A stretch of DNA of 64,000 nt, taken from the NCBI GenBank assembly GCA_963695295.1, contig OY968771.1:58939-122938 (forward strand), given 5' to 3'. Positions 1 through 9,604 of this stretch are shown in pieces; positions within the stretch are counted from its first letter, which is position 1, and the number at the start of each line of letters is the position of its first letter. The position numbers and the translations under genes were made by a program. The DNA is from an uncultured Actinomycetota bacterium. GTDB taxonomy: Bacteria > Actinomycetota > Actinomycetes > Propionibacteriales > Nocardioidaceae. The notes under the pieces are model-generated. The model saw only the letters and a list, made by a program, of their open reading frames with translations, was not told the origin of the DNA and ran no database searches.

Positions 1-144
1 GGCCAGCATGACCTGCGTCCCGGGGGTGAGTGCCTGCTGCGTCGCCATGAAGTCCTTCTGGCGGTTGCGCGCCGGGCGCAGCACCAGGAACCAGAAGGCA
101 AGGACGATCAGGATCAGGGGGATGAAGTTGGCCCAGTCGGACAC
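1..144 (-). CDS. yajC: preprotein translocase subunit YajC (N-terminal part; ORF runs off the window edge)
   Basis: Reverse translation from GTG at 144 reads VSDWANFIPLILIVLAFWFLVLRPARNRQKDFMATQQALTPGTQVMLA. This is a single TM helix followed by the RPxxxRQK-type YajC motif. It lies directly downstream of ruvB, the usual actinobacterial position. Confidence 0.75.
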   Translation of the reverse strand, partial: MSDWANFIPLILIVLAFWFLVLRPARNRQKDFMATQQALTPGTQVMLA

Positions 145-246
145 GGAGTGCTCCCGAAAGCGTTGAGATCCCGCCGAGTAACGACGGTCATGGCCCGAGG
201 GCCACCGGGTAGTCTAGCCAGTTGGCCCAGCCGCCCCGTGCGGGCC

Positions 247-1305
247 TCAGGCCTCGCCGTCGGGCTCGTCGAAGGGCAGCTGACCGGCGGCCGGGGGCGC
301 GAGACCGAGGTGCCGCCAGGCCGGTGGGGTGGCCACCCGCCCACGCGGGGTGCGCGCCAGGAATCCGAGCCGAACCAGGAACGGTTCGGCCAGCTCCTCG
401 ACGGTCTCCCGTTCCTCCCCGACCGCGACGGCGAGCGTGGAGATGCCGACCGGTCCCCCGCCGAAGCTCTCGCACAACGCCGAGAGCACGGCGCGGTCGA
501 GGCGGTCGAGTCCGAGGTCGTCGACCTCGTAGAGCGCCAGTGCCGCCTGTGCCACCGGCTCGTCGATGGTGCCGTCGGCGCGGACCTCGGCATAGTCGCG
601 GACCCGCCGCAGCAGCCGGTTGGCGATGCGCGGGGTTCCGCGAGAGCGCGAGGCGATCTCGCGCCCGCCGTCCCGGGTGACCTCGAGCTCGAGCAGGCCG
701 GCCGAGCGTTCGACGATGCGATGGAGCTCGTCGGTGTCGTAGTAGTCGAGCTGGGCGGTGAACCCGAACCGGTCGCGCAGGGGGCTGGGCAGCAAGCCGG
801 CTCGGGTGGTGGCTCCGACCACCGTGAACGGCGGGATCTCCAGCGGGATCGCGGTGGCGCCGGGCCCCTTGCCCACCACGACGTCGACGCGGAAGTCCTC
901 CATGGCCATGTAGAGCAGCTCTTCGGCCGGCCGAGACATGCGATGGATCTCGTCGATGAACAGCACGTCGTGCTCGTTGATGCCGGACAAGATGGCGGCG
1001 AGGTCGCCGGCGTGCTGGATGGCCGGGCCGCTCGTGACGCGCAGCGGCGCGGACAGCTGATGGGCGATGATCATCGCGATCGTGGTCTTGCCCAGGCCCG
1101 GCGGCCCGGACATCAGGACGTGATCCGGGGTCCGGCCGCGGGCGACCGCCGCCTCGAGCATCAGCGACAACTGCTCGCGAACCCGTTCCTGGCCGATCAG
1201 CTCCGCCAGGGTCCGCGGGCGCAAGGCGGCCTCGAAGGCTCGCTCCTCCGGCGTCGCGGCACCCATGACCGAGTCCTCGAGGCGCAGGTCGATGTCGTCG
1301 TCCAT
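247..1305 (-). CDS. ruvB: Holliday junction branch migration helicase RuvB
   Basis: 352-aa ORF with Walker A (GPPGLGKTT), FIDEIHR, the [16 protein letters not shown] sensor region and full-length RuvB-like sequence. Confidence 0.97.
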   Translation of the reverse strand: MDDDIDLRLEDSVMGAATPEERAFEAALRPRTLAELIGQERVREQLSLMLEAAVARGRTPDHVLMSGPPGLGKTTIAMIIAHQLSAPLRVTSGPAIQHAGDLAAILSGINEHDVLFIDEIHRMSRPAEELLYMAMEDFRVDVVVGKGPGATAIPLEIPPFTVVGATTRAGLLPSPLRDRFGFTAQLDYYDTDELHRIVERSAGLLELEVTRDGGREIASRSRGTPRIANRLLRRVRDYAEVRADGTIDEPVAQAALALYEVDDLGLDRLDRAVLSALCESFGGGPVGISTLAVAVGEERETVEELAEPFLVRLGFLARTPRGRVATPPAWRHLGLAPPAAGQLPFDEPDGEA

Positions 1306-1307
1306 GA

Positions 1308-1910
1308 TCAGGCTTTCGACAGCGTGCGGAGCGCCGCGCGCAGCAGGGTCGGGACGTCGTGATCGGCGGCTGTGCCGTCAGAGGCGGGGGTGTCGGCCGC
1401 GACGGTGTCGACGGCGCGCTCGGCGTCGCGGGTGGACCAGCCCAGGCCCTGGAGCGCATCGCGGACCTGGTCGCGCCACCCCGCTCCCCCGGACGACACG
1501 GTCGTGACCGGTGCGCCGACCCGGTCCTTCAGCTCGACCACGATGCGCTCGGCGCCCTTGCGTCCGATGCCGGGCACCGCGGTGAGGGCAGCGTGGTCGG
1601 CGTTGGCGATGGCACGGCGAAGTCGTTCCGGCGGCAGGACCGCGAGCATCGCCTGCGCGACCTTGGGGCCGACCCCGCTGGCCGTCTGGACGAGCTCGAA
1701 CATGTCGCGTTCCTCGACGTCGGCGAATCCATAGAGGGTGGTGGAGTCCTCCCGGACGACCATCGACGTGGCGAGCTGCGACTCCTGGCCGATCCGCAGC
1801 GCGGCGATGGTGCTCGGGGTGCAGAACACGTGATAGCCGACTCCCCCGACGTCGACGACCGCGGCGTTCAGGGTGAGGGCGGCGACCCGGCCCCGGACGA
1901 AGGCGATCAT
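1308..1910 (-). CDS. ruvA: Holliday junction DNA-binding protein RuvA
   Basis: MIAFVRGRV...GVGYHV...LYGF...[17 protein letters not shown]...[16 protein letters not shown] is a typical RuvA. I take the ATG at 1910, which overlaps the ruvC stop (ATGA), rather than the longer ORF-track start. Confidence 0.95.
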   Translation of the reverse strand: MIAFVRGRVAALTLNAAVVDVGGVGYHVFCTPSTIAALRIGQESQLATSMVVREDSTTLYGFADVEERDMFELVQTASGVGPKVAQAMLAVLPPERLRRAIANADHAALTAVPGIGRKGAERIVVELKDRVGAPVTTVSSGGAGWRDQVRDALQGLGWSTRDAERAVDTVAADTPASDGTAADHDVPTLLRAALRTLSKA

Positions 1911-2437
1911 CGGGCCGCCTTGGCCAGAGCCGCTTCGAGCCGGGTGGCGGCTCCGCCGCGCCAGATCTGGCACATGGCGAGCGCGAGGGCGTCGGTCGCA
2001 TCGGCGGGGCGCGGCGGGCTGGTGAGGCGGAGCAGCCGCGCGACCATGTGCGCGACCTGCGCCTTGTCGGCGCGTCCGCTCCCGGTGACGGCCGCCTTGA
2101 CCTCGCTCGGCGTGTGCAGGCGCACCTCGATGCCGTGACGGGCGGCCACCAGCATGGCGACGCCGCTGGCCTGCGCCGTACCCATGACGGTGCGGAGGTT
2201 GTGCTGACTGAACACCCGCTCAACCGCGACGACATCGGGTCGGTGCTCGGCGATCGCCGCTTCGACTCCCTGCTCCAGCAGGTGCAGTCGTCGGGCGATG
2301 TCGAGGTCGGCCGGAGTGCGCACGACCCGGACGTCGATGAGCGTCAACGGACCGCCGACCCGGCCGTCGACGACCCCGAGGCCACAGCGGGTGAGGCCGG
2401 GATCGACCCCGAGCACCCGGACCGTCTGCGAACGCAT
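1907..2437 (-). CDS. ruvC: crossover junction endodeoxyribonuclease RuvC
   Basis: [16 protein letters not shown]...ERVF...[10 protein letters not shown]...[11 protein letters not shown] are RuvC catalytic motifs. The start is taken at ATG 2437 ([14 protein letters not shown]); the longer ORF start at 2461 is possible. Confidence 0.92.
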   Translation of the reverse strand: MRSQTVRVLGVDPGLTRCGLGVVDGRVGGPLTLIDVRVVRTPADLDIARRLHLLEQGVEAAIAEHRPDVVAVERVFSQHNLRTVMGTAQASGVAMLVAARHGIEVRLHTPSEVKAAVTGSGRADKAQVAHMVARLLRLTSPPRPADATDALALAMCQIWRGGAATRLEAALAKAAR

Positions 2438-2443
2438 GTTCGA
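2429..2443. promoter_or_regulatory. LexA (SOS) box overlapping the ruvC start codon
   Basis: CGAACGCATGTTCGA is a perfect GAAC-N4-GTTC palindrome matching the actinobacterial / Gram-positive LexA operator TCGAAC-N4-GTTCGA. Confidence 0.7.
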
Positions 2444-2509
2444 CAGGTTAGTCGGCGGCACGGCTGGATCAGGGGCGACGCGCCGTGCCGGGCGACATGG
2501 TCAGGTTGG

Positions 2510-3283
2510 TCAGCCGACCTGCTCCATGGCCTCGGCCATCACCTCGTCGGAGGCCTCGAGATTGCTGAAGACGTTCTGCACGTCGTCGAGGTCCTCCAGC
2601 GCATCGACGAGGCGGAGGATCTTCGTGGCGGTGCTGACATCGACCTCGACCGACACCGACGGCACGAATGATGCCTCGGCGGAGTCGTAGTCGAGGCCGG
2701 CCTCTTGCAACGCGGTGCGAACGGGCACCAGGTCGGTGGGTTCGCAGACGACCTCGAACGCCTCGCCGAGATCGTTGACCTGTTCGGCACCGGCGTCGAG
2801 CACGGCCAGGAGGACGTCGTCCTCGGTGACGGCGGCACCGTCGTGATCGGACGGGACGATGATGACGCCCTTGCGGTGGAACAGGTACGACACCGAGCCC
2901 GGGTCGGCCATCGTGCCGCCGCTGCGGGTCATCGCGGTACGGACCTCCATGGCGGCCCGGTTGCGGTTGTCGGTGAGGCACTCGATGAGCAGCGCCACGC
3001 CCCCGGGCGCATAGCCCTCGTACGTGATCGTGGCGTAGTCGACGCCGCCACCGTCGAGCCCGCCGCCTCGCTTGACGGCGCGGTCGATGTTGTCGTTGGG
3101 CACCGAGGACTTCTTGGCCTTCTGGATCGCGTCGTAGAGCGTCGGGTTGCCCGCCGGGTCGGGTCCGCCGGTGCGTGCGGCCACCTCGACGTTCTTGATC
3201 AGCTTGGCGAACATCTTGCCGCGCTTGGCGTCGATGGCCGCCTTCTTGTGCTTGGTCGTCGCCCACTTGGAGTGGCCTGACAT
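2510..3283 (-). CDS. YebC/PmpR family DNA-binding transcriptional regulator
   Basis: [37 protein letters not shown] is the hallmark YebC N-terminus. The ORF is 257 aa, full length. Confidence 0.95.
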   Translation of the reverse strand: MSGHSKWATTKHKKAAIDAKRGKMFAKLIKNVEVAARTGGPDPAGNPTLYDAIQKAKKSSVPNDNIDRAVKRGGGLDGGGVDYATITYEGYAPGGVALLIECLTDNRNRAAMEVRTAMTRSGGTMADPGSVSYLFHRKGVIIVPSDHDGAAVTEDDVLLAVLDAGAEQVNDLGEAFEVVCEPTDLVPVRTALQEAGLDYDSAEASFVPSVSVEVDVSTATKILRLVDALEDLDDVQNVFSNLEASDEVMAEAMEQVG

Positions 3284-3301
3284 CCCGAATCCTTCCCCTG
3301 G

Positions 3302-3904
3302 CTATGACGCTGTCGCTGTGACGCGATCCAGGAAGTACCGGTGGACGCGGAGGTCGTCGCCCACCTCGGGGTGGAAGGACGTCGCGAGGACCGGACCCTG
3401 CTGGACCGCCACGATCCTATCCCCGACCCCCGGCACCGCCACGCTCGCGAGCACCTCGACGTCGGGGCCGACGTCCTCGACCCACGGCGCCCGGATGAAC
3501 ACGGCGTGCACGGGGTCGTCGAAGATCGTGAAGTCGACGTCGCCCTCGAAGGAGTCGACCTGGCGGCCGAAGGCGTTGCGCCGCACCGTGATGTCGAGAC
3601 CGCCGAACGTCTCCTGACCGGGAATGCCGTCACGCACGCGCTCGGCGAGCATGATCATCCCCGCGCAGGTACCCAAGGTCGGCAGGCCGGTCTTGATGCG
3701 GTCGGCGAAGGCGTCGAACACCTCGAAGGACCGCGCCATCTTGACCATCGTCGTCGACTCCCCGCCCGGGATGATCAGTCCGTCGCAGCGCTCGAGCTCC
3801 TCGAGCCGGCGTACCCCGAAGCCGTCCACCCCCAGCGCGGACAGCGCCAGGAGGTGCTCCCGGACATCGCCCTGGAGCGCGAACACGCCGATCGAAGGAC
3901 TCAC
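3302..3904 (-). CDS. pdxT: pyridoxal 5'-phosphate synthase glutaminase subunit PdxT
   Basis: IGVFALQGDVREH...LIIPGGESTTM...GTCAGMIMLA (catalytic Cys)...FHPE. Start taken at GTG 3904 (VSPSIGVFALQG) rather than the upstream ATG at 4006. Confidence 0.9.
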   Translation of the reverse strand: MSPSIGVFALQGDVREHLLALSALGVDGFGVRRLEELERCDGLIIPGGESTTMVKMARSFEVFDAFADRIKTGLPTLGTCAGMIMLAERVRDGIPGQETFGGLDITVRRNAFGRQVDSFEGDVDFTIFDDPVHAVFIRAPWVEDVGPDVEVLASVAVPGVGDRIVAVQQGPVLATSFHPEVGDDLRVHRYFLDRVTATAS

Positions 3905-3934
3905 GCCTCCAGCGTAGTGATCGTGGGGGTGCCC

Positions 3935-4054
3935 GGCGGTGGTCAGGCCGGCGGGATGGCCCGGTGCCCCCAGACGACGGCGGTGGCTCGGGGTGGGCCT
4001 GACCACCGCCGTCGCTCCCTCTCGGTTTCCCTCCCGATCGGGATCGGGGAGGGA
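3935..4054. repeat. two strong inverted repeats in the pdxS-pdxT spacer
   Basis: GGCGGTGGTCAGGCC (3935-3949) is perfectly complementary to GGCCTGACCACCGCC (3996-4010). A second near-perfect hairpin, TCCCTCCCGATC-GG-GATCGGGGAGGGA, lies at 4028-4054. Confidence 0.8.
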
Positions 4055-4199
4055 GACGTCGACGCCATCCGCAGGCGCTGAGACTCCCTCTCGAGGTGCG
4101 TCACGCGGAGACTCCCGGCTCCGTGGGTCGTGACGCTGACTTCAGCATACGACCGTCGAGGTCACCGTGCACTGAGAATTCGATGTGAAGGCCGAACCC

Positions 4200-5126
4200 T
4201 CACCAGCCGCGGTCGGCCAGCCGGTGCGGCTCCGGGACGTCGTCGACGTTGATGCCCACCATCGCCTCGCCGAGGCCGCGCGAGACCTTGGCGACGACGT
4301 CGGGGTCGTCGTGGAACGTCGTGGCCTTGACGATGGCCTCGGCCCGCTGGGCCGGGTTGCCGGACTTGAAGATGCCGGACCCGACGAACACGCCCTCGGC
4401 GCCCAGCTGCATCATCATCGCGGCGTCGGCCGGCGTGGCGATGCCACCGGCGGTGAACAGCACGACCGGCAGCTTGCCGAGCTCGGCGACCTCGCGCACG
4501 AGCTCGTACGGCGCCTGCAGCTCCTTGGCGGCGACGAAGAGCTCGTCGTCGGCCATCGTGTGCAGCCGGGCGATCTCGGCGCGGATCTTGCGCATGTGCA
4601 TCGTGGCGTTGGAGACGTCGCCGGTGCCGGCCTCGCCCTTGGACCGGATCATGGCCGCGCCCTCGGTGATGCGGCGCAGAGCCTCGCCGAGGTTGGTGGC
4701 TCCGCACACGAACGGCACGGTGAACTGCCACTTGTCGATGTGGTTGGCGTAGTCGGCCGGGGTGAGGACCTCGGACTCGTCGATGTAGTCGACGCCCAGG
4801 CTCTGGAGCACCTGTGCCTCGGCGAAGTGGCCGATGCGGGCCTTGGCCATGACCGGGATCGAGACGGCCTCGATGATGCCGTCGATCAGGTCCGGATCGC
4901 TCATGCGGGCGACGCCGCCCTGGGCCCGGATGTCGGCCGGCACCCGCTCGAGCGCCATGACGGCGACGGCGCCCGCGTCCTCGGCGATGGTCGCCTGGGT
5001 CGCGTCGACGACGTCCATGATGACGCCGCCCTTGAGCATCTCGGCCATGCCCCGCTTGACCTGGGACGTGCCGATGGTGGTCTCGCCATCGCTGTCGAGG
5101 CTCGTGCCGTTGGGTCGCGTGCTCAT
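4200..5126 (-). CDS. pdxS: pyridoxal 5'-phosphate synthase lyase subunit PdxS
   Basis: [14 protein letters not shown]...[17 protein letters not shown]...VARMSDP...[10 protein letters not shown]...GEAGTG is full-length PdxS/SNZ family sequence. Confidence 0.97.
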   Translation of the reverse strand: MSTRPNGTSLDSDGETTIGTSQVKRGMAEMLKGGVIMDVVDATQATIAEDAGAVAVMALERVPADIRAQGGVARMSDPDLIDGIIEAVSIPVMAKARIGHFAEAQVLQSLGVDYIDESEVLTPADYANHIDKWQFTVPFVCGATNLGEALRRITEGAAMIRSKGEAGTGDVSNATMHMRKIRAEIARLHTMADDELFVAAKELQAPYELVREVAELGKLPVVLFTAGGIATPADAAMMMQLGAEGVFVGSGIFKSGNPAQRAEAIVKATTFHDDPDVVAKVSRGLGEAMVGINVDDVPEPHRLADRGW

Positions 5127-5135
5127 GGTTGAAGT

Positions 5136-5777
5136 CTACGTCGCTGGTGGGATCGGCTTTTGCGCTGCCTGAGCGTGCACCATGACCATGCGCTGGATGA
5201 TCGTCACGAAGCTCGCGGCGGTGAGGGCCCACAGCGTGATCTCGGTGAGGATCGGGAGTCCGAACAACCCGTTGAAGCCGGTCATCACCAAGATGGCGAC
5301 GAGCCGGTCGGCGCGTTCGGCGATGCCGCCCTTCGCCTTCATCCCGAGGCTCTCGGCCCGGGCGCGCGCATACGACGTGACGTTGCCGAGCACGAGGCAG
5401 GCCAGGCTCAGCCACAGGTAGAGCGTCGGTCCGCCCATCGTCGTCTCGGCGTCCGACCGGGCGTAGTAGAGCACGAGCCCGCCGAAGATCGCCGCGTCGC
5501 CGAACCGGTCGAGGGTGGAGTCCAGGAACGCCCCCCAGGCCGACGTCTGCCCGGTCTTGCGCGCCATGTAGCCGTCCATGATGTCGCTGAACACGAAGGC
5601 GGTGACGACCAGGACGCCGACGAAGAACTCCCCGCGCGGGAAGAACCACAGGGCGCCGGCGCTGACGCCGAGCGTGCCGACGATGGTGACGTGGTCGGGC
5701 TTGACGCCCAGGCGCAGCAGCAGGTCGGCGGGCGGCGCCCACACGTTGGTCCAGAACTGCCGGAATCGTTCGAGCAC
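5136..5777 (-). CDS. pgsA: CDP-alcohol phosphatidyltransferase (PgsA1 / phosphatidylinositol-phosphate synthase type)
   Basis: Carries the D-x2-DG-x2-AR...G-x3-D-x3-D motif (SDIMDGYMARKTGQTSAWGAFLDSTLDRFGD) and several TM segments. It follows the HIT gene, as does pgsA1 in Mycobacterium. Confidence 0.85.
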   Translation of the reverse strand: MLERFRQFWTNVWAPPADLLLRLGVKPDHVTIVGTLGVSAGALWFFPRGEFFVGVLVVTAFVFSDIMDGYMARKTGQTSAWGAFLDSTLDRFGDAAIFGGLVLYYARSDAETTMGGPTLYLWLSLACLVLGNVTSYARARAESLGMKAKGGIAERADRLVAILVMTGFNGLFGLPILTEITLWALTAASFVTIIQRMVMVHAQAAQKPIPPAT

Positions 5778-5780
5778 GAT

Positions 5781-6326
5781 CTACTCCCCCTCGCCGAGCT
5801 CGGCCCAGCGGGCCGCGAGCATGTCCCGCGTCTCGGCGAGCAGCTGCGGCATCGTCTTGGTGCGCCCGATGACCGGCAGGAAGTTCGCGTCCCCGCCCCA
5901 GCGCGGCACGACGTGCTGGTGGAAGTGCGCGGCGATGCCGGCGCCGGCGATGGGGCCCTGGTTGATGCCGAGGTTGAAGCCGTGCGGGCTGGTGACCGAC
6001 CGCAGCACCGTCATCGCCTCCTTGCTGAGCTGCGCGACCTCGGCGGTCTCGTCATCGGTGAGATGGGTGTAGTCGGCCACGTGGCGGAACGGGCAGATGA
6101 GCAGGTGGCCGGCGTTGTACGGGTACAGGTTCAGCACCGCGTACGCCGCCGTGCCGCGGCGGACGACCAGGCCGTCGGCGTCGCCCATCTGCGGGATGCG
6201 GCAGAACGGGCAGTCGGCCTCGGCATCGGACTCGGGCTTGTTCTCGCCCTTGATGTAGACGATCCGGTGCGGCGTCCACAGGCGCTCGAACGCGTCCGGC
6301 TCCCCCACGCCCTGTTGTTCCTCCAC
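5781..6326 (-). CDS. HIT family protein (Ap4A-phosphorylase / GalT-like, Rv2613c type)
   Basis: Has a histidine-triad motif (AAHFHQHVVPRW) and CPFC...AYAVLNLYPYNAGHLLI. Start set at GTG 6326, because the upstream part of the 354-aa ORF overlaps the M14 gene in another frame. Confidence 0.85.
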   Translation of the reverse strand: MEEQQGVGEPDAFERLWTPHRIVYIKGENKPESDAEADCPFCRIPQMGDADGLVVRRGTAAYAVLNLYPYNAGHLLICPFRHVADYTHLTDDETAEVAQLSKEAMTVLRSVTSPHGFNLGINQGPIAGAGIAAHFHQHVVPRWGGDANFLPVIGRTKTMPQLLAETRDMLAARWAELGEGE

Positions 6327-6355
6327 GCGGGAAACTCTAGGGCGTGGGGTTCTGG

Positions 6356-9300
6356 CTACTCGACCAGGCCGGACAGGGCGCGGTCGATCAGGCCCTTGCG
6401 GGCTGCGTCGTCGGCCAGCTGCTCCAGCCCGAAGCCCAGCAGGAGCGAGTCCTCGGTCGAGATGGCGCCGAACGCGTTGACCAGCTTCTCGCCGATCGTC
6501 CAGTTGCCCTGGTTCGGCGGGCTGCCCGCCGGCGGCTCGCCGACCGTCCAGCTGCTGTCGGCACCCTCGAACCCGTCGGCGTCGGTGCTGCCGTCGACGG
6601 TGACCTTGGTGTCGTCGACGAACGCGCCGATGCCACCGGTGGCAGGGTCGGTCACGTACGTGATCGACAGCTCGACCTGCTCGCCCAGGAAGGGGGCGAG
6701 GTCGAAGGCCACCGGCTCCCAGCCGCCGGTCGATCCGGTGAAGGAGTTCCACTCCCCGGACGACCCGCCGCCGGCACACCCCGCGCCACCGAGGTAGTGA
6801 TCGAGGAACGGGTGCAGCTGCAGGAGGAACCCGTCCGGCTCGCACTCCGTCGGCGGCGTGGTGGTGCTCTTGCCGTCGCGCTCGGCCAGCGTCGTCCAGT
6901 TGTCCTGACCGACGGTGTGCGCCTCGACCATCACGTGGTCGTAGCCGCTCTCCAGGCTGGTGGACAGCTGGAACGCCAGCTCGCCGGCCGAGGCGCCGGT
7001 GAGGTCGACGGTCTTGGTCAGCCGCATGTAGGAGGAGTCCTGGTGCAGTGCGCCGGCGTACCGGCTGCCTTCGACCGGTGCGTAGGGGTCGACCCCGCTC
7101 GACGTGTACTCGGCCGCCCCCTTGCTGGCGAACTGCGGGAACTCACCGACCGGCAGCACGTCGCTGGTCGGCTGGAAGACACCGGCCTCGTCCAGCGGGT
7201 TGTCACCGTCGACGACCGGGCCACCGAAGGTGCCCTCGAACCCGTTGATCGGGTCGGCGACGCCGACCACGCTCTCGGGGTTCGCGTTGTCGGTGCGGCT
7301 GAAACCACCGAGGTAGTACTGACGGAAGTCATCGGCCATGATCAGGCAGTCCTCGAAGAACCCGGGGACGCTGTCGACGACACACTCGGCCTCGGGGTCG
7401 CCGTTGAGCCCGTAGAACAGGCCACCGACGGCGTCGCCGATTCCGGGAAGCCCGGAGTACTGGGCGGTCTCGCCCGCATGGACCAGCTTGCCGCCGTCGT
7501 TGAGGTAGTCGCGCACGGCCATCGTGGTGTACTGCTCCTTCTCGGCCACCGCGATGTCCGGCAGCTGGCCGAACGGGGTCGAGATCGTCTCGTCCTCCGG
7601 GTCCTGGGTCAGCCGGTTGTCGCCGAGGTACCAGACGACCGCGTCGTAGTGACCGAGCACACCGAGGTCGTGCGGGACCCCGCGCTGGTCGACGTCCCAG
7701 ACGTCGGTGGTGTAGCCGGCGTCGTTGATCGCCTTCTCGTAGTCCGCCGCGTACTTCGGTGCGGTGACGCTCGCCGGGTAGTCCGGGTTGACGCCGGTGT
7801 AGTCCTCGTCGGCCAGCACCAGCACGTCGGCGCCGCTGTCGCCGACCACGGAGTACGTGAAGGCCTTGCTCTTGACCGGGCCCTTGCCGGGCTTGACCCC
7901 GGTGAACTGCACCTCGACCGTGTCGCCGGCCTTGGCGCCGCGAACCTGGCCACGGAACTCGGCGTAGTAGTCGTCGTTCTCGTCGCCGTAGCGTTCGCCG
8001 CCACGCCACTCCTTGATCTTCGTCGACTTCGCCTTCGCGCCGTTGATGCGGACGGACAGGCGCAGGTTCTTCAGCGCCCGCTTCGCGACGACGGCGACGG
8101 TCTGCGGATCGCCGTAGGAGACGTCGAAGGTGTCGGGCACGAACTCCGGGGTGGTGCGCCCGACCACCGAGGCCGGGTCGTCCGGGTCCCCGGCGGATTC
8201 GGCGACCGAGAGCGCGAACGGGATGTTCTTCTCGAACTCGGCCTGGACGAGCTCCTCGTCGTCGGGGAAGTTGAATCCGCTCTGGCAGTCATCGGCCTCC
8301 CACTCGTCGTCGGGTACCGAGTCGGACGCGGCCTCGCAGGTGGACATCTCCGGCGTGAAGCCGAGCGTGCCGAAGGCCTCGGTCATGTGGGTGTCGGTGT
8401 CGCCGTTGGTGGTGTACAGCTCGGCGGAGATGTCCGGGTCGTACCCGGCCACCGCCGGGTTCTCGTCGTCGCCGGCCATCGCCTCGTAGATGACGTCGTC
8501 GGGCGTCGGCGTCGAGACCTGCCACCCCGTTCCGTAGAGCAGCAGCTCGGCGGCGGAGTGGTAGTTGACGAGGAACTCGAAGCCGACCCGACCGACGAAG
8601 GAGTTCAGCGCCTTCGTCTCCGGCTCTGACGCCGGCGACGGGCCGCGGTAGGTCTCGCTGCCGGTGTTCGGTGAGGATCCTTCGTTGTCGTAGCCCCACT
8701 TGGTCTGGTAGTTGCGGTTGAGGTCGACACCGTCGCCTGGTGCGATCTGGCCGTCGCCGTTGTTGTCACGCAGGTTCTTGCGCCACAGCCGCTGGTCGGG
8801 CTCGAAGGTGAAGTCGTATCCGTCCGGGTTCGCCACCGGGACGAACCACAGCTCGTGCCGGTCGACCATGCGGGTGATCTTGGGGTCGCTGCCGTAGTTG
8901 TCGATGACGTGGTGCATCAGCCGACGGTTCATCTCCGGCGTGATCCACTCCCGTGCGTGCTGGGCGCCGACGTAGAGGACCGACGGCTTCTTGCCGTCCT
9001 TGGACGTGCGCGCCCCCTTGCTGACCTTGAGCGCCAGGATGTCCTGACCCTTGACGGTCGTGCCGATGCTGATCGTCTTGGCGATCCTCGGGTGGTCGGC
9101 AGCGGCCTTCTCGTACTCCGCCTTGATCCCGTCCGCGCCGGCATACTTCTTGAAGACCTCGTGGCCCTCGGCCGCCAGTCGGGTCGAGCGCTCCGAAGCG
9201 GTCTGGCCCTTGACCTTCTTGGGACGCATCTCGACGCCCTTCTTGCGCAGCTTCGAGGCCTGGGACCCGCTGAGGATCGCCTCGACGCGCACCTTCGCCT

Positions 9301-9510
9301 TCTTGCCGCGCTTCACCGGCGATCTTGGCGAAACGCAGGTCGTGGCGGTCGACACCGAGGTCGACGATGCGCCGAGATCTGGCTCGTGCCCAGATCACCC
9401 ACGTACACGTCGAGATGGTCGTCGGGCGGAGCGGCCACCGACGAGCTCGTGCTCAACAGACCGGCCACCAACGCCAAGACAGCAAAGACAGACAAAGACC
9501 AACGACGCAT
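6356..9510 (-). pseudogene. secreted M14 zinc carboxypeptidase with a long C-terminal extension; N-terminus split over three frames
   Basis: The body ORF (6356-9355) has the M14 motifs HAREWIT, NPDGYDF, DLNRNY and YHSAAELLLY. A clean signal peptide (MRRWSLSVFAVLALVAGLLSTSSSVAAPP...DVYVGDLGTSQI) lies in a second frame (9313-9510). The linking IVDLGVDRHDLRFAKIAG lies in a third frame. Family confidence is high; pseudogene status versus sequence error is unresolved. Confidence 0.75.
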
Positions 9511-9604
9511 GTTGTGCCCCCCGACACCCGATGTGAAAACCCTGGCTAAACGTGACCCGCCAGCGGCGCATTGTCAATGGCCCGGGGCCACCGCAACCCG
9601 ATCG

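Noticed and set aside
3939-4133. The 64-aa ORF in the pdxS-pdxT spacer.
   Set aside because: It is Arg/Gly/Ser-rich, has no RBS, and is built largely from the two inverted repeats.
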